A stretch of 64,000 nucleotides of DNA from an uncultured Candidatus Rokubacteria bacterium (GCA_963754315.1 CAVWFS010000001.1:224001-288000), one strand, 5' to 3'; counted from the stretch's first letter, positions 1 through 10,675 are shown. Notes: generated from the sequence alone by a model not told the origin. A program made the numbers and translations.

Positions 1-757
1 TCGAGGGGAAGAGCGGATCCCCGATGGTGTAGCCCTTCCAGCTGTCGGGCTTGATGACAGCGATGGCTCGGTCGACCTCCTCCATCCAGCCCGCCTTCTT
101 GGGCGTGAACACGGCGTGGGCGAGCAGGCGTCGAGACTCGGCGATCCGATTGATCATCGACCGCCCCCACGCGATCTGATCATTGGTCAGGAGATCCCAG
201 CTGGGGTCGTCGAAGGGCGCCCCCGACAGGAGCGCCACCTTGGTGTCGCTCCCGACGAAGATCTCTTTGACATAGTTTTCGAACTTGTACCGGGCCAGCG
301 TGTTCTCGCCCATCAGGTCGGGGTTCCAGTTCTGCTTGGCGTACTTGGCGAGGTCCAGCAGTCCGCTCTGCGCGAAGTCATCACGGACGAAGTGGGTCTG
401 CGCGTCGATGATGAACTGCCCGCTCAGGGCCTTGGCTCGCGCATCGGCAGCACCAGGGGTCTGAGCCTCGGCGCCGCTCACGTCGAAGAGGGGACCGAAA
501 ACCTCGTTCATCGCCAGAAACGCGGTCGCCAGGCCTGCGCTGCTGGCCAGGAAGCGGCGGCGGCTCATCCCGTGCCTGGGCGAGAGGTTGCCCGCTAGCT
601 CATTGATGCGCGCTTCGACCCGCTGCTGTTCTCGTGTCTGCGGGAGTGGATTGAATTCGCCGTTCGAGACGATCTGTGTCGGGACCGGACCCTTGAACGA
701 CGCGAGCTCGGCCGGCGCCGTCCGCTTCAATTCTTCCTCGCTCAGGAAATGCGGCAT
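1..757 (-). CDS. Amidohydrolase family protein, 3' end outside the window
   Basis: Not in the ORF track because it runs off the edge. Manual translation from ATG 757: MPHFLSEEELKRTAPAE...PVPTQIVSNGEF...FIIDAQTHFV...KPDSWKGYTIGDP. The DxxTH metal motif fits amidohydrolase_2; SD GAGGAGG upstream. Confidence 0.8.
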   Translation of the reverse strand, partial: MPHFLSEEELKRTAPAELASFKGPVPTQIVSNGEFNPLPQTREQQRVEARINELAGNLSPRHGMSRRRFLASSAGLATAFLAMNEVFGPLFDVSGAEAQTPGAADARAKALSGQFIIDAQTHFVRDDFAQSGLLDLAKYAKQNWNPDLMGENTLARYKFENYVKEIFVGSDTKVALLSGAPFDDPSWDLLTNDQIAWGRSMINRIAESRRLLAHAVFTPKKAGWMEEVDRAIAVIKPDSWKGYTIGDPLFPS

Positions 758-925
758 GATCTTCCTCCTCTTCGCTGAGGGCGCTGCGCTGGCTCCGAGT
801 GGCCACGGGTTCCCGTCCCCTCAGGAGGGTCCCGTGCGAGGCGCCGTGCCGCCCACCGCCGGTGCCACGCGTTGATGGGTTCGAGATCCCGCTGTCGATG
901 GGCTCTCATCTGGTCGAGGAGGCGG

Positions 926-940
926 GCAAGTCTCGCGCCA
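926..940 (-). promoter_or_regulatory. sigma54 (-24/-12) promoter candidate for the amidohydrolase
   Basis: Minus strand reads TGGCGCG-AGAC-TTGC versus consensus TGGCACG-N4-TTGC; about 170 bp upstream of ATG 757. Confidence 0.65.
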
Positions 941-1029
941 GGGGCATGTGCCCCAGAGGTGCTCGACCCTTCGAGGCGCGAGAGGAGGATTCGTGCGTCG
1001 GTTGCATGTGGCTGCCCGGAAGGCGTGCA

Positions 1030-1052
1030 TTCTGCCCGGGCACCGGGCAGAA
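1030..1052. repeat. Perfect 10-bp inverted repeat (enhancer-binding site or hairpin)
   Basis: TTCTGCCCGG-GCA-CCGGGCAGAA. Confidence 0.55.
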
Positions 1053-1093
1053 CGTGAACGAGGCGGTCCGGACCCTGACAGCGGTCGGAGGCT

Positions 1094-1527
1094 CTACGAG
1101 CTGCGTCTGCGTAGCGGGTTGATCACTTGAGGCGGAAACTGAAGGAAGTCCGTGTCGGTCGTTAGATCTTGCGGATGCCGTGCTCCTGCTCGGACGACCG
1201 TCGGACGTCAGAAGAGGTTGCCCGCCGGGTGAGTGATCTCGCCAAGACCCTCTGAGCAGGACCGAGTGGGCGCTCTCCGGCCGTGAGGACACGGAAGTTA
1301 GAGCTCTCAAAGAATGGTTGAGGAAGTCTATCCCCTCCCTCCAGATCAGCGGCCGCGGAAACACCCGCGCGTGGGTGGACCTCGCAGGAACTCGTAGAGT
1401 ATTCCCTCCGTGAAGTACCAGGGCTCCGACGAGGTGCCGGCACGGGAAAAGGTCGGGCCATTTCGTGCTCGGCCGCATCCGCATTGGCTGCATAGAGCAG
1501 GATGTTCGTGTCGATGATGCCCGGCAT
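1094..1527 (-). pseudogene. vapC: VapC/PIN-domain toxin with multiple frameshifts
   Basis: MPGIIDTNILLYAAN PIN start; STHARVFPRPL, EHGIRKI, TTDTDFLQF and VINPL lie in different frames. Start overlaps the antitoxin stop (TGATG). Confidence 0.75.
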
Positions 1528-1758
1528 CAGGAATCTATGAGCGCCTCCAGGGCGTTCCGGTCCCCCAAGTTCACGCGCGGCCGACCCATGGAGAAGGTCG
1601 GGAGCTGAAACACGCGCTTCCGCTTCGCCGCCCGGCGTCTGTGCAGGCCATCGGTGAGGAGGTCGTTGACGACCTCGGAAATCGTTCGGTCTCCCGTGGG
1701 CAAGCTCGCGAACTCCGTCCATGCAAGCGTCTTCGAGGATCAGGGTGGTGCGCTTCAT
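1527..1758 (-). pseudogene. VapB-type antitoxin, frameshifted
   Basis: MKRTTLILED start, then in another frame RTISEVVNDLL...LPTFSMGRPRVNLGDRNALEALIDS*; lies directly upstream of the PIN gene. Confidence 0.7.
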
Positions 1759-1957
1759 GCTAGCGGGAAATCATACCAGTGAAGATACAGATGTCTAGAG
1801 AGATCATCTGAATGTTCATACGAGGCGGCCGGGATGAGCAACGCCTTGACGCTCGCTCACCACTTCCTGCGAGGTGCTCGCGCGCCTCCTGCAGGCGGCC
1901 CGCGCCGGTAGAAGTGCCGAGCCGTGGGGAGTTTCGGGAAGATCGCGGAGGTTGCGG

Positions 1958-2128
1958 TTAGGGCTCATCCTCCAGACGGGCGAGAAGGGCCGCCACGGTG
2001 GCGCCACCAACCGGCGGCTGCCAGTCGACCTCCACGACCGTCGCCCCCTGCGCAGCGAGCTCGCGCGCGAACACCTCGAGCCCGACGTTGATCACGAAGA
2101 GCTCCTGGCCGAGCAGGTCGGGGCTCAT
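1958..2128 (-). CDS. Small (56 aa) FdrA C-terminal-segment protein
   Basis: MSPDLLGQELFVINVGLEVFARELAAQGATVVEVDWQPPVGG; the VINxGL...DWxPP motif matches the FdrA tail / YahG N-terminus. ATGA overlap with fdrA. Confidence 0.75.
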   Translation of the reverse strand: MSPDLLGQELFVINVGLEVFARELAAQGATVVEVDWQPPVGGATVAALLARLEDEP

Positions 2129-3658
2129 GGCTCTGCGGGGAGCAGGCGCTTCGCCAACTCCGGTCGCAGGAGCAGCGCGGCGAAGCGGGAGGCCTGGGCG
2201 TTCGACGGGAGGACCTCGATCCCCGCGCTTTGGAGAGCAGCGGTCTGGGCGCGCAGATTCTGGGGATCGGCCTCGGTGCCGACGACCGAGGCCACGACCG
2301 TGAGTGATCGTCCCCTGCGTGCGGCTTCCGCGCGCGCGTCCTGGACCGCGGCTGCCAGCGGCCGAGCAGGGTCCGGGTGAGCGGCCCGGCCCAGCACGAG
2401 GTCGACGAGCAGCACGCCCACGGCTGGCGTGGCGCCGGCGGCACGAATGCGCGCGTCGCGCTCTGAGGGATCGATCATGGGGTGGGGCCGTCCTACCGTG
2501 AACTCGTCGGCGCCAAGGTCGATCACCTCGTGGTGGGCTGTGCCCGGCGCCGACGGCCCGAGGAGAGAGTCCAGCAGCAGGCGCGCCTCGTGCGCCAGGG
2601 TGCCACCGGTATAGAGCGCGAGCAGAGCGGGCCCGCGCCCCTCGTGCGCCGGCACACACGCGAGGCGGGCTCGCACCGCGGCGGGGTCGCTGAACGTGGG
2701 GATGTCGGCAGGTCGGCCGCGCGCGAGCGCGACGGCAGTGAGCCGCCGCCGCCTCGAGCGTGTCGACCTTATGGCCGGCGACCACGCCTTCGATGTCGGT
2801 CCCCAGGCAGCAGACCACCACCGGCTTGGCGAGCATCCGAATGATTGCGTCGAGCTCGGTCATCACGCGGGGCGCCGGCGGCTTCGAGATCAGGACGATG
2901 ACCTCAGTTGCCGAATCGGCGGCCAGTAGCTGCAGCGCGAGCGTGGTCATCGGCGCCCCCACCGCTTCGGACAGGTCCCGCCCGCCGACCCCGATACCGT
3001 GCGAGATTCCCTCTCCGAGCTGAGCCACGTGCGAGGCGACCGCCTGCAGGCCGGTGCCGGAGGCAGCCACGCAACCGATTCGACCGCGCGGGACTACGTT
3101 GGCGAAGCCGAGCCCGAGACCATTCAGGTACGCCGTGCCGCAGTCCGGGCCCATGCAGAGCAAGCGGCGGCTGACGGCAAAGCGCTTGAGTTTGATCTCG
3201 TCGTCGAGGGCGACGTTGTCGCTGAAGAGGAACACGTGCAGACCGTGGCGCAGGGCCGTCATCGCTTCGAGTGTGGCGTGTGCGCCGGGCACCGATACGA
3301 GCGCGAGGTTGGCGTCCGGGAACTGCCGGAGCGCCGACTCGAGGGTCCTGGTGCGGACTCGGCCGGAGGTCTCACGCGCGCGACGTTGCTGGTCGAAGAA
3401 CGCTTTTGCCGCTGCCAGGGCCGATTCGGCGGCCGCCTCCGTCTCCGCGTCGATGGCGAGCATCAGATCGCCGGGCGCTGCATCAGCGGCGCCGGGCGCG
3501 GCGAGGCCCGCCGCCGCGAGGAGTTCGCGGTTCGCCGGGGTGCCCATCAGCGCGGCGGACTGGCGCACCCCGGGCCGCTCATTCAGCGTTGCCGCCAGCT
3601 GCATGAGCACCACGGAGTCCTGATAGAAGGAGCGCCAGACCTCCATCCGGATCGGCAT
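2125..3658 (-). CDS. fdrA: FdrA/AllF-like acyl-CoA synthetase alpha-like protein, one frameshift near 2740
   Basis: FYQDSVVLMQL, SVPG, FLFSDNV, MGPDCGTA, ASGTGLQ, GVGGRDLS, ISKPP in ORF 1958..3742; LYTGGTLAHE, DLGADEFTVGRPHPMIDP, VVGTEADPQ in ORF 2125..2676. Confidence 0.88.
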
Positions 3659-3677
3659 GATCCCTACCTCTGATCGG

Positions 3678-4925
3678 TCACGGGTGAGCAGCGCCGAACG
3701 CAACCAGCGCGTCGACGAACGGTTGGGCGGGGGGGGTCGCAATGCCGGCCCCGATCATGCGGGCTGCGGTGTGGTGCGCAATGGCGGTGTTAATCAGGGG
3801 CACCATGCCGCTGCGGACCACCTTTCGGATGTCGATGCCAGTCGGGGTGCCGTCACCGTTGAGCGGCGCCAGTGGGAAAAGTGGGTTGCGCCCGGCGCAG
3901 ATCTCCGCCATCTGGCGTGACGTGTTAACAGCATCCGCAAACGACCGCGCCCCCACGATCTTCTGGACAGCCGGGGAGGCCGCCATGGCCAGGCCGCCCA
4001 GTCCGTACGTCTCCATGATTGCGGAGTCGCCGGTGTCGCGGTTGGCATCGGCGGCCGAGAAGCCCGGGAAGTACAGGCCGTCCACGGCGCTGGCAGGCCC
4101 CGTGAACCAGCGATCACCGAGGCCTGCCACGCGGATTCCGAACTCGACGCCGTTGCGCGCCATCGTCGAGACAACGGTGGAGCCTTCGAGCCCCTCGAGC
4201 GCGCGGGCGGCCGCTTTGGCGGCACCCATCGACCACGCGAGGAAGAACTGGTCGTTGTCCCGGGTGAGCAACCGCATGATCGCTTGCAGTTGCTCGCGAT
4301 CCGCCACCACGCCGACGAGCGGTGCCGCCAGCCGGCGTGCGAGGAGCCCGGTGGCCGCGGCATTGCGCATGTGCATCTCGTCGCCCATGGCGAGGGCCTG
4401 CGCCATCAGGCTCGCGAGGTCGATCGGGCCTTCGCGTTCGAGGACGGCCTGGAACGCCGGCGCCACCACGTCGCGGATCCACGCCAGACCGGCGAGCGTC
4501 TCGGGCCCATGCGCACCGAACCTGAGCTGGTGTCCCCAGGGCCCATCGGCGATGAAGGTACAGGCGCTCGTCCGGTTCACAGGGTCCTCGATGATCAGCA
4601 AGGGGGTGCCGGGCGAGATGACGCCAGCCATGGGGCCGACGGCGCCATGGTCATGACACGGACTGAACGCGACATCACCCGAAGCGGCCAGCCTCTGTGC
4701 CTCGTCGGGAGTCGTGGCCCAGCCTTCGAACAGAATCGCCGCGGTGACCGCCCCGCGCATCGGCCCGCACATGCGCGCCCAGGTGATCGGCGGCCCCGCG
4801 TGCAGCAGCCATTGGCCCCTGAGGGGAAACGTGTCCCGCGCGATAGCAACCTTGGTCCACGCGGGGCGGGCACGGCACAGCCGGTCAACCGCCTCTCGGT
4901 TGGCGTCACCGATATTCAGGCCCAT
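3678..4925 (-). CDS. DUF1116 (YlbE/AllG/YahG-like) protein
   Basis: LLHAGPPI, MCGPMRGA, PCHDHGAVGPMAG, LRFGA, MGDEMHMRN, MARNGVEFGIR, GDSAIMET, GTPTGIDI; adjacent to fdrA. Confidence 0.9.
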   Translation of the reverse strand: MGLNIGDANREAVDRLCRARPAWTKVAIARDTFPLRGQWLLHAGPPITWARMCGPMRGAVTAAILFEGWATTPDEAQRLAASGDVAFSPCHDHGAVGPMAGVISPGTPLLIIEDPVNRTSACTFIADGPWGHQLRFGAHGPETLAGLAWIRDVVAPAFQAVLEREGPIDLASLMAQALAMGDEMHMRNAAATGLLARRLAAPLVGVVADREQLQAIMRLLTRDNDQFFLAWSMGAAKAAARALEGLEGSTVVSTMARNGVEFGIRVAGLGDRWFTGPASAVDGLYFPGFSAADANRDTGDSAIMETYGLGGLAMAASPAVQKIVGARSFADAVNTSRQMAEICAGRNPLFPLAPLNGDGTPTGIDIRKVVRSGMVPLINTAIAHHTAARMIGAGIATPPAQPFVDALVAFGAAHP

Positions 4926-4982
4926 GAGCGAAGCCGTCGTCGTCGCATATCTGCGGCTGGTGTCGTCGCGCCCGTCATTATA

Positions 4983-5014
4983 GGGGGAGTCGCGCGCCGT
5001 GGGGGAGTCGCGCG
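4983..5014. repeat. 14-bp direct repeat in the divergent promoter region
   Basis: GGGGGAGTCGCGCG at 4983-4996 and 5001-5014, next to a minus-strand TATAAT at 4977-4982. Confidence 0.6.
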
Positions 5015-5077
5015 GATACCGTCGCGGCCCGAATCTCGGTGGCCGACCAACCGGTCCTTCGGCTACGATGGGCGGCC

Positions 5078-6610
5078 ATGAGCCGGGTTCCCCTCCTCTC
5101 GCTGCACGCCATCACGAAGCGATTCCCTGGGGTAGTCGCCAATGACCAGGTCGATCTCGAGGTGTATCGCGGCGAGGTGCACGCGTTGGTTGGCGAAAAC
5201 GGAGCAGGGAAGAGCACCCTCATGAAGGTCCTCTACGGCTTCTACCAGCCCGACCTTGGGGAGATCCGGCTCGAGGGCCGGCGGGTGGAAATCCGCTCGC
5301 CACGCGATGCCCGCCGCCTCGGCATCGGGCTTGTGTTTCAGGACTTCGTCCAGATCCCTGCCCTCAGCGTGGCCGAGAACATTGCGCTGTTCCTGCCCGA
5401 CCTGCCCTGGGTGGTCGACACCCGCGCGGTGGCCGAGCGTATCAAGACGATGTCGGCGCGCTTTGGCTTCGACGTCGACCCGTCCGTGTCCATGTGGCGC
5501 CTGTCGGTCGGCGCGCGTCAGAAGGTGGAGGTGCTCAAGCTCTTGCTCGCCGATGCGCGGATCCTCGTCCTGGACGAGCCCACTCGGAGTCTGGCTCCGC
5601 ATGAGGTCGAAGCACTCTTCGTAAGCTTCGACCAACTCCGACGGGATGGGTATGCCATTGTGTTCATCGCCCACAAGCTGGGCGAAGTCCTCTCGTGCGC
5701 CGACCGCATCACGGTGATGCGCCGGGGTCGGATCGCTGGCACCCTGTCCCGTGCCGAGGCCTCGGAGGCCGAGCTGGTGTCGTTGATGTTCGGCGCCGGT
5801 CTCGCCGAGACGGTGCCGCGCCCGCGCGAGCGGGCAGCCCCGGCGCCACCGGTGCTGGCGCTCGAGGGGATGGAAACGCGCGCCGAAGGCCACGAGACGG
5901 CGCTGACCGGTATCGATCTGACCGTCCTGTCGGGGGAGATCGTCGGTGTCGCCGGCGTCTCCGGCAACGGTCAACGCGAGTTAGGCGATCTGATCCTCGG
6001 ACTCGAGCCGTGCGTCCGAGGTGTCAAGCGTCTGTACGGGCGAGAGGCGACAGCGTGGTCCGTCGCTGACATCCGAGCGAGCGGCGTGGCGTTCATCCCC
6101 GAAGACGCCCTCGGGATGGCGGCGGTGCCGTCCATGACCGCGCTCGGGAACATGGCGCTCGCCGACACCCACCGTTACGCGCGCGCGGGGGGCCTCGCCA
6201 TGGACTGGCCGGCGGTACGCCGCGATCTCGAGGGGGCTTTGGCACAACTACGGGTGACGCTTCCCTCGCTTGATGTCCTCGCCGGTGCCCTGTCAGGGGG
6301 TAACGTGCAGCGGATGGTCCTCGCGCGAGAGTTGGCACACGAGCCGCGCCTGATCGTGGCCTTCTATCCGACGCGGGGTCTCGATGCGCGCAGCGCGGCG
6401 GCCGCGCGGGAGCTGCTCGTGGCCGCGCGCGCGCGGGGAGCGGGGGTGCTGTTGATCTCGGAGGACATGGACGAGCTGTTCGGGCTCAGCGACCGCCTTC
6501 TCGTGCTGTTCCGTGGGCGCATCATGGGCAACGGGACACCAGATACCATGACGCGCGACGATGTCGGCCTCCTCATGACGGGCTCCGCGCCACGCCGTGC
6601 CCTCGGCTGA
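5078..6610 (+). CDS. Nucleoside/sugar ABC transporter ATP-binding protein with two ABC domains
   Basis: [35 protein letters not shown]. Confidence 0.92.
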   Translation: MSRVPLLSLHAITKRFPGVVANDQVDLEVYRGEVHALVGENGAGKSTLMKVLYGFYQPDLGEIRLEGRRVEIRSPRDARRLGIGLVFQDFVQIPALSVAENIALFLPDLPWVVDTRAVAERIKTMSARFGFDVDPSVSMWRLSVGARQKVEVLKLLLADARILVLDEPTRSLAPHEVEALFVSFDQLRRDGYAIVFIAHKLGEVLSCADRITVMRRGRIAGTLSRAEASEAELVSLMFGAGLAETVPRPRERAAPAPPVLALEGMETRAEGHETALTGIDLTVLSGEIVGVAGVSGNGQRELGDLILGLEPCVRGVKRLYGREATAWSVADIRASGVAFIPEDALGMAAVPSMTALGNMALADTHRYARAGGLAMDWPAVRRDLEGALAQLRVTLPSLDVLAGALSGGNVQRMVLARELAHEPRLIVAFYPTRGLDARSAAAARELLVAARARGAGVLLISEDMDELFGLSDRLLVLFRGRIMGNGTPDTMTRDDVGLLMTGSAPRRALG

Positions 6611-7643
6611 TTCGGCTCTCGCGCGAACGTGGGTCCGCAGCGCGCCGCTGCAAGGGCTCGCCCGATGGAGCGGGCTGGCCGCCCTCGGCCTTGGCGTCTT
6701 CGCCCTCGTGCTGCTGATATTCGGGAAGAACCCGCTGAGAGCGTATGCCGACATCTTCACCAGCACGCTCGGAAGCTGGTATGGGTTATCCGAAACACTG
6801 GTCAAGATGATCCCGCTCGTGCTGGCGGCTGTCGCGGTCGCCGTCCCCGGGAAGATCTGGCTCATCAACGTCGGCGGCGAAGGACAACTCCACCTGGGCG
6901 CTCTCTTCGCGACCTGGGGCGCGCTGACATTCGCCCACTGGCCCGGGTGGCTGCTATTGCCCGCGATGGCCGCCCTTGGGTTCCTGGGGGGCGGTCTGTG
7001 GGCGGCACTGGCCGGGCTGATGCGGACGCGAGGCTGGGTGAGCGAGACGATCTCCACCTTGCTGCTGAACTACGTGGCCATCCTCCTCGTGAGCTTCTTC
7101 GTCTTCGGCCCGTGGAAGGATCCGGAAGGGGTCAACTATCCCCAGACGGCGGAGTTCGCACCTGCTGCTACCCTGCCCACGTTCGGGGGGAGCCGGGTGC
7201 ACCTCGGCGCGATGTTCGCGGTGGTGGCAGTGCTGCTGTTCGCGTTCGTGATGGCGCGGACGCGCTGGGGCCTCGAGATGCGCGCCATCGGCGGCAACAT
7301 CGAGGCGGCGCGACGGGCCGGTATTCCGATTGGCCGATACGTTGTCCTGCTCATGTTCGTGGGGGGCGGCCTGGCGGGCCTCGCCGGGCTGGGCGAGGTC
7401 TCCGCCGTGCAGGGTCGGCTGCGGCCAAGCTTGTCTCCCGGGTACGGCTACGCGGGGTTCCTGATTAGCTGGATGGCGGGCGGGCGCCCCCTCTCGATCG
7501 TGGCGGCGGCGTTTCTGCTGGCCGTCATCACCGCCGGCGGAGATATCCTCCAGATGACCCAGGCTCTGCCCGCCTCGGTCACGAACATCCTGATGGCGGT
7601 CATTCTCTTTGTCGTCCTCGGCCGTCGCGGGGGGGCGCCGTGA
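6597..7643 (+). CDS. Nucleoside ABC transporter permease
   Basis: [20 protein letters not shown], hydrophobic; operon context. Confidence 0.9.
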   Translation: MPSADSALARTWVRSAPLQGLARWSGLAALGLGVFALVLLIFGKNPLRAYADIFTSTLGSWYGLSETLVKMIPLVLAAVAVAVPGKIWLINVGGEGQLHLGALFATWGALTFAHWPGWLLLPAMAALGFLGGGLWAALAGLMRTRGWVSETISTLLLNYVAILLVSFFVFGPWKDPEGVNYPQTAEFAPAATLPTFGGSRVHLGAMFAVVAVLLFAFVMARTRWGLEMRAIGGNIEAARRAGIPIGRYVVLLMFVGGGLAGLAGLGEVSAVQGRLRPSLSPGYGYAGFLISWMAGGRPLSIVAAAFLLAVITAGGDILQMTQALPASVTNILMAVILFVVLGRRGGAP

Positions 7644-8554
7644 TCGCCACCTTGCGCAGCCTCCTCTCGGGGGCAATCCTGTCCGGCACGCCGCTGCTCT
7701 ACGCCACCTTGGCGGAAGTCGTGAGCGAACGGGCCGGGATCGTGAACCTCGGCCTGGAGGGCGTGATGCTCATGGGGGCGGTGGTAGCCTTCGCGACCAT
7801 GGTGCACACGGGTAGCGCAGCAGCCGGGGTGGCGGCGGGAGCCCTGGCGGGGGCGCTCTTCAACATGATCTTCGCGTTTCTCGTCATCACACGGCGGGCG
7901 AACCAGCTGGCCAGCGGCCTTGCCCTCATGTTCTGCGGCGTCGGCTTGAGCGCGCTGATCGGCGGTCCGTACGTCGGCAGCCGCATCGCCGGTCTTCCCG
8001 AGCTTGCCATCCCGTGGCTGGCGGAGCTCCCGTGGCTCGGCCCCATCGCGTTCCAGCACGACGCGCTTGTTTACGCCGCGGTGCCCCTCGCCGTATTGAC
8101 GTGGTGGGTGCTGTTCTCGACGCGCTGGGGGTTGACGCTTCGCGCGGTCGGCGAGAACCCCACGGCCGTGTTCGCGGCCGGGCGGAGTCCCCACCTCGTG
8201 CAGTACCAGGCGTTGTTGGTGGCCGGGATGCTGGCTGGGCTGGCGGGCGCGCACCTGTCGCTGGGGCTGGCGAAGACGTGGGTGGAGTGGATGACGGCGG
8301 GCCGAGGATTCATCGCGGTGGCGTTAGTAATCTTTTCCAAATGGCATCCTCTGCGCGCGGTAGCAGGGGCGCTCTTGTTCGGCGGCGCGATCTCGCTGCA
8401 GCTGCAAATGCAGGCGCTCGGCGTGCCCGTCTCGCCCTTCCTGCTCGACATGCTGCCCTACGTGCTGAGCTTGGCCGTGCTGGCACTGTGGGGTGGGCGG
8501 CGGCGCCACGCGGCGCCAGCGAGTCTCGGCCGCGTCTTCCAGCGGAGCGGGTGA
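7640..8554 (+). CDS. Nucleoside ABC transporter permease
   Basis: SERAGIVNLGLEG, RAVGENP, GRGFIAVALV, MLPYVL. Confidence 0.9.
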   Translation: MIATLRSLLSGAILSGTPLLYATLAEVVSERAGIVNLGLEGVMLMGAVVAFATMVHTGSAAAGVAAGALAGALFNMIFAFLVITRRANQLASGLALMFCGVGLSALIGGPYVGSRIAGLPELAIPWLAELPWLGPIAFQHDALVYAAVPLAVLTWWVLFSTRWGLTLRAVGENPTAVFAAGRSPHLVQYQALLVAGMLAGLAGAHLSLGLAKTWVEWMTAGRGFIAVALVIFSKWHPLRAVAGALLFGGAISLQLQMQALGVPVSPFLLDMLPYVLSLAVLALWGGRRRHAAPASLGRVFQRSG

Positions 8555-8594
8555 ATACGGTGCTTCCCGACACACGGGCAAAGGAGTCGTCACG

Positions 8595-9692
8595 ATGATC
8601 ATGATCGAGCGAGGGTGGTCGCGAATGCTTCGGGGGGCGGTGAGTGCCCTGGTTGTATTGGCGCTGGGATCGCCGGCGGCCGCGCAAGGGCCGAAGCTGA
8701 AGGTGGGAATCCTGCACGTAGGCTCGATGAACGACGCCGGCTACAACCAGGCCCACGCGGAGGGCGTGCAGATTCTGAAGAAGAACCTTCCCGAGGTCGA
8801 GGTTATCGAGGTCGAGAACGTGCCCGAAGGGGCAGACGCCGAGCGGGTCATGGAGAACATGATCAAGCAAGGGGCCCGGCTCATTATCCCTGCCAGCTTT
8901 GGCTATCTGGAACCCGCACTGCGAGTTGCCCAGCGCTACCCCGAGGTGAAGTTTGCGCACCCCGGCGGCTACAAGCGTGCCCCGAACCTCACCACGTACT
9001 GGGCGAGCACCCCCGAGGCCTTCTACCTCATGGGCATGGCGGCCGGCAAGACGACGAAAACGAACAAGCTGGGGTACGTGGTCGCGCTGCCTATCAGCTT
9101 CTTCCTGGCGAACGTCAACGCCTTCCAGCTCGGGGCCCGCTCGGTGAACCCTAAGGCCGAGACGCGCGTGGTGTTCACCGGCGGCTTTCTCGACCCCGGC
9201 AAGGAAGCCACCGCCGCCAACGCACTGCTCGAGCAGGGCGTGGACGTGCTCGGGGTCATCGTGGACTCGCCGATCACTGTCGTCCAGACGGCGGAGAAGC
9301 GCGGCGCCTATTCGGTGGGCTATCACTACCTCGGCGTGCAGAAGTTCGCCCCGAAGGGCTGGATCAGCGGCATCGCATTCACCTGGGGCCCGCTGTACAC
9401 GCGCTTCGCCCGGCAGGTAATGGACGGCACGTGGAAGAGCGAGAACATCCTGGGTGGGCTGGGGGACGACTATCTCACCATTGCCTCATTCGGTCCCGCG
9501 GTGCCAGACGATGTCGTGAAGCTCGTGAACACGACCAAGCTGGAGTTCACGAGCGGCACGCGCCAGGTGTTTCAGGGGCCGATCCGCGACAACAAGGGCG
9601 TCGAACGGGTCAAGGCCGGCGAGGGTTTTCCGCTGACTGAGCTGCGCAAGATGGACTGGCTCGTCGAGGGTGTCATCGGCCAGCCGAGATAG
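8595..9692 (+). CDS. BMP-family ABC substrate-binding protein
   Basis: Signal peptide; DAGYNQAH, SFGY, NAFQLGARSVNP, FLDPGKE, WLVEGVIG. Confidence 0.9.
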   Translation: MIMIERGWSRMLRGAVSALVVLALGSPAAAQGPKLKVGILHVGSMNDAGYNQAHAEGVQILKKNLPEVEVIEVENVPEGADAERVMENMIKQGARLIIPASFGYLEPALRVAQRYPEVKFAHPGGYKRAPNLTTYWASTPEAFYLMGMAAGKTTKTNKLGYVVALPISFFLANVNAFQLGARSVNPKAETRVVFTGGFLDPGKEATAANALLEQGVDVLGVIVDSPITVVQTAEKRGAYSVGYHYLGVQKFAPKGWISGIAFTWGPLYTRFARQVMDGTWKSENILGGLGDDYLTIASFGPAVPDDVVKLVNTTKLEFTSGTRQVFQGPIRDNKGVERVKAGEGFPLTELRKMDWLVEGVIGQPR

Positions 9693-9708
9693 GCCAACTC
9701 GCGCACGA

Positions 9709-10671
9709 CTACTGCTGCTGCTGGGCTGCCGCCTCCAGCATGGCCGCCCCGTCGTAATCGGTCCGGCGCTGGGGAACCTCCTTGAAGACGGGGAGGTCGA
9801 TGGCCTCCACAGATTCCTGGAGCGCGGGCGACCTGCGTTCGGCGGCCACCGTCGTCGTCACCTCCGCCCCCAGCGCCTCTCGGGCATTGCCCCGGTAGAT
9901 CCCCTTGTTGGGAGGTACGTCGTCGTAGCTCCGACCATGGCCGACCACGACGTAGTGCTCGTCGATCTCGCGATCGTGGGTGGGATCGAACGGCACCCAC
10001 CCGCTGGTGGGTGACCAGAACTCGATCCAGGCGTGACTCTGAGAGGGGCTATCGTCCTTCGGCGTCACGTGGAGGTACCCGCTCACGTAGCGACAGGGGA
10101 TCCCCATCAGGCGCAGGGTGCCCAGCATCAAGTGGGTGAAGTCCTGGCACACCCCGGCCCCGAGCTTCAAGAAATCCTCGGTGGTGGAATCGTAGCGGGT
10201 GACGTCCTTCTGGTAGGTGAACCCTCGGTGGATCTGGGCTCCCGCCGCCCGCACGTGATCGCCCAGGCGTGCCCCGTACGGTAGGGACAGACCCTCCTGG
10301 AACTTGCGCAGGGCAGGTGTGAGCCGGACCGGACCTTCCCACTGCAGAAAGTCCCGGAGGTGATAGGGGGGATCAGCGAGAGGCATGGGATCGACGGCGA
10401 TGCCGAGGGCAGGGGCATCCCGATGGGTGGTGACCAGCGAGCGGGACACGACCTCGATCCGCTTGTGGTAACGCGTCACGTTGAAGTGGTGAACGACATT
10501 CTCGTGCCAGTCGGCATAGCGGTACACGCGGGTGGGCGGACCCACGGCCAGGCTGAAGGTGTTCACCGTCTGGTGGCTGGACGTCTTGGGCTGCACGCGC
10601 AGCTCGAGAAACGACTCGCTGATGTAGCTGTCGTATTCGAAGGCCAGTCGGTGCTCGACGCTTAGGATCAT
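9709..10671 (-). CDS. Transglutaminase family protein (Bact_transglu_N + core) with a C-terminal QQQQ
   Basis: Catalytic triad motifs GVCQDFTH, SHAWIE and FDPT; RYVSGYL; GRSYDDVPP; ends AAAQQQQ*. Confidence 0.92.
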   Translation of the reverse strand: MILSVEHRLAFEYDSYISESFLELRVQPKTSSHQTVNTFSLAVGPPTRVYRYADWHENVVHHFNVTRYHKRIEVVSRSLVTTHRDAPALGIAVDPMPLADPPYHLRDFLQWEGPVRLTPALRKFQEGLSLPYGARLGDHVRAAGAQIHRGFTYQKDVTRYDSTTEDFLKLGAGVCQDFTHLMLGTLRLMGIPCRYVSGYLHVTPKDDSPSQSHAWIEFWSPTSGWVPFDPTHDREIDEHYVVVGHGRSYDDVPPNKGIYRGNAREALGAEVTTTVAAERRSPALQESVEAIDLPVFKEVPQRRTDYDGAAMLEAAAQQQQ

Positions 10672-10675
10672 GAGC

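Noticed and set aside
1162..1758. Antitoxin-toxin fusion ORF
   Set aside because: Artefact of indels joining the vapB and vapC frames.
1816..1967. Short ORF downstream of the fdrA cluster
   Set aside because: No recognisable motif or coding signal.
1958..3742. 594-aa FdrA including the tail segment as one ORF
   Set aside because: The middle is off-frame nonsense; the conserved FdrA C-half lies in another frame and stops at 2125.
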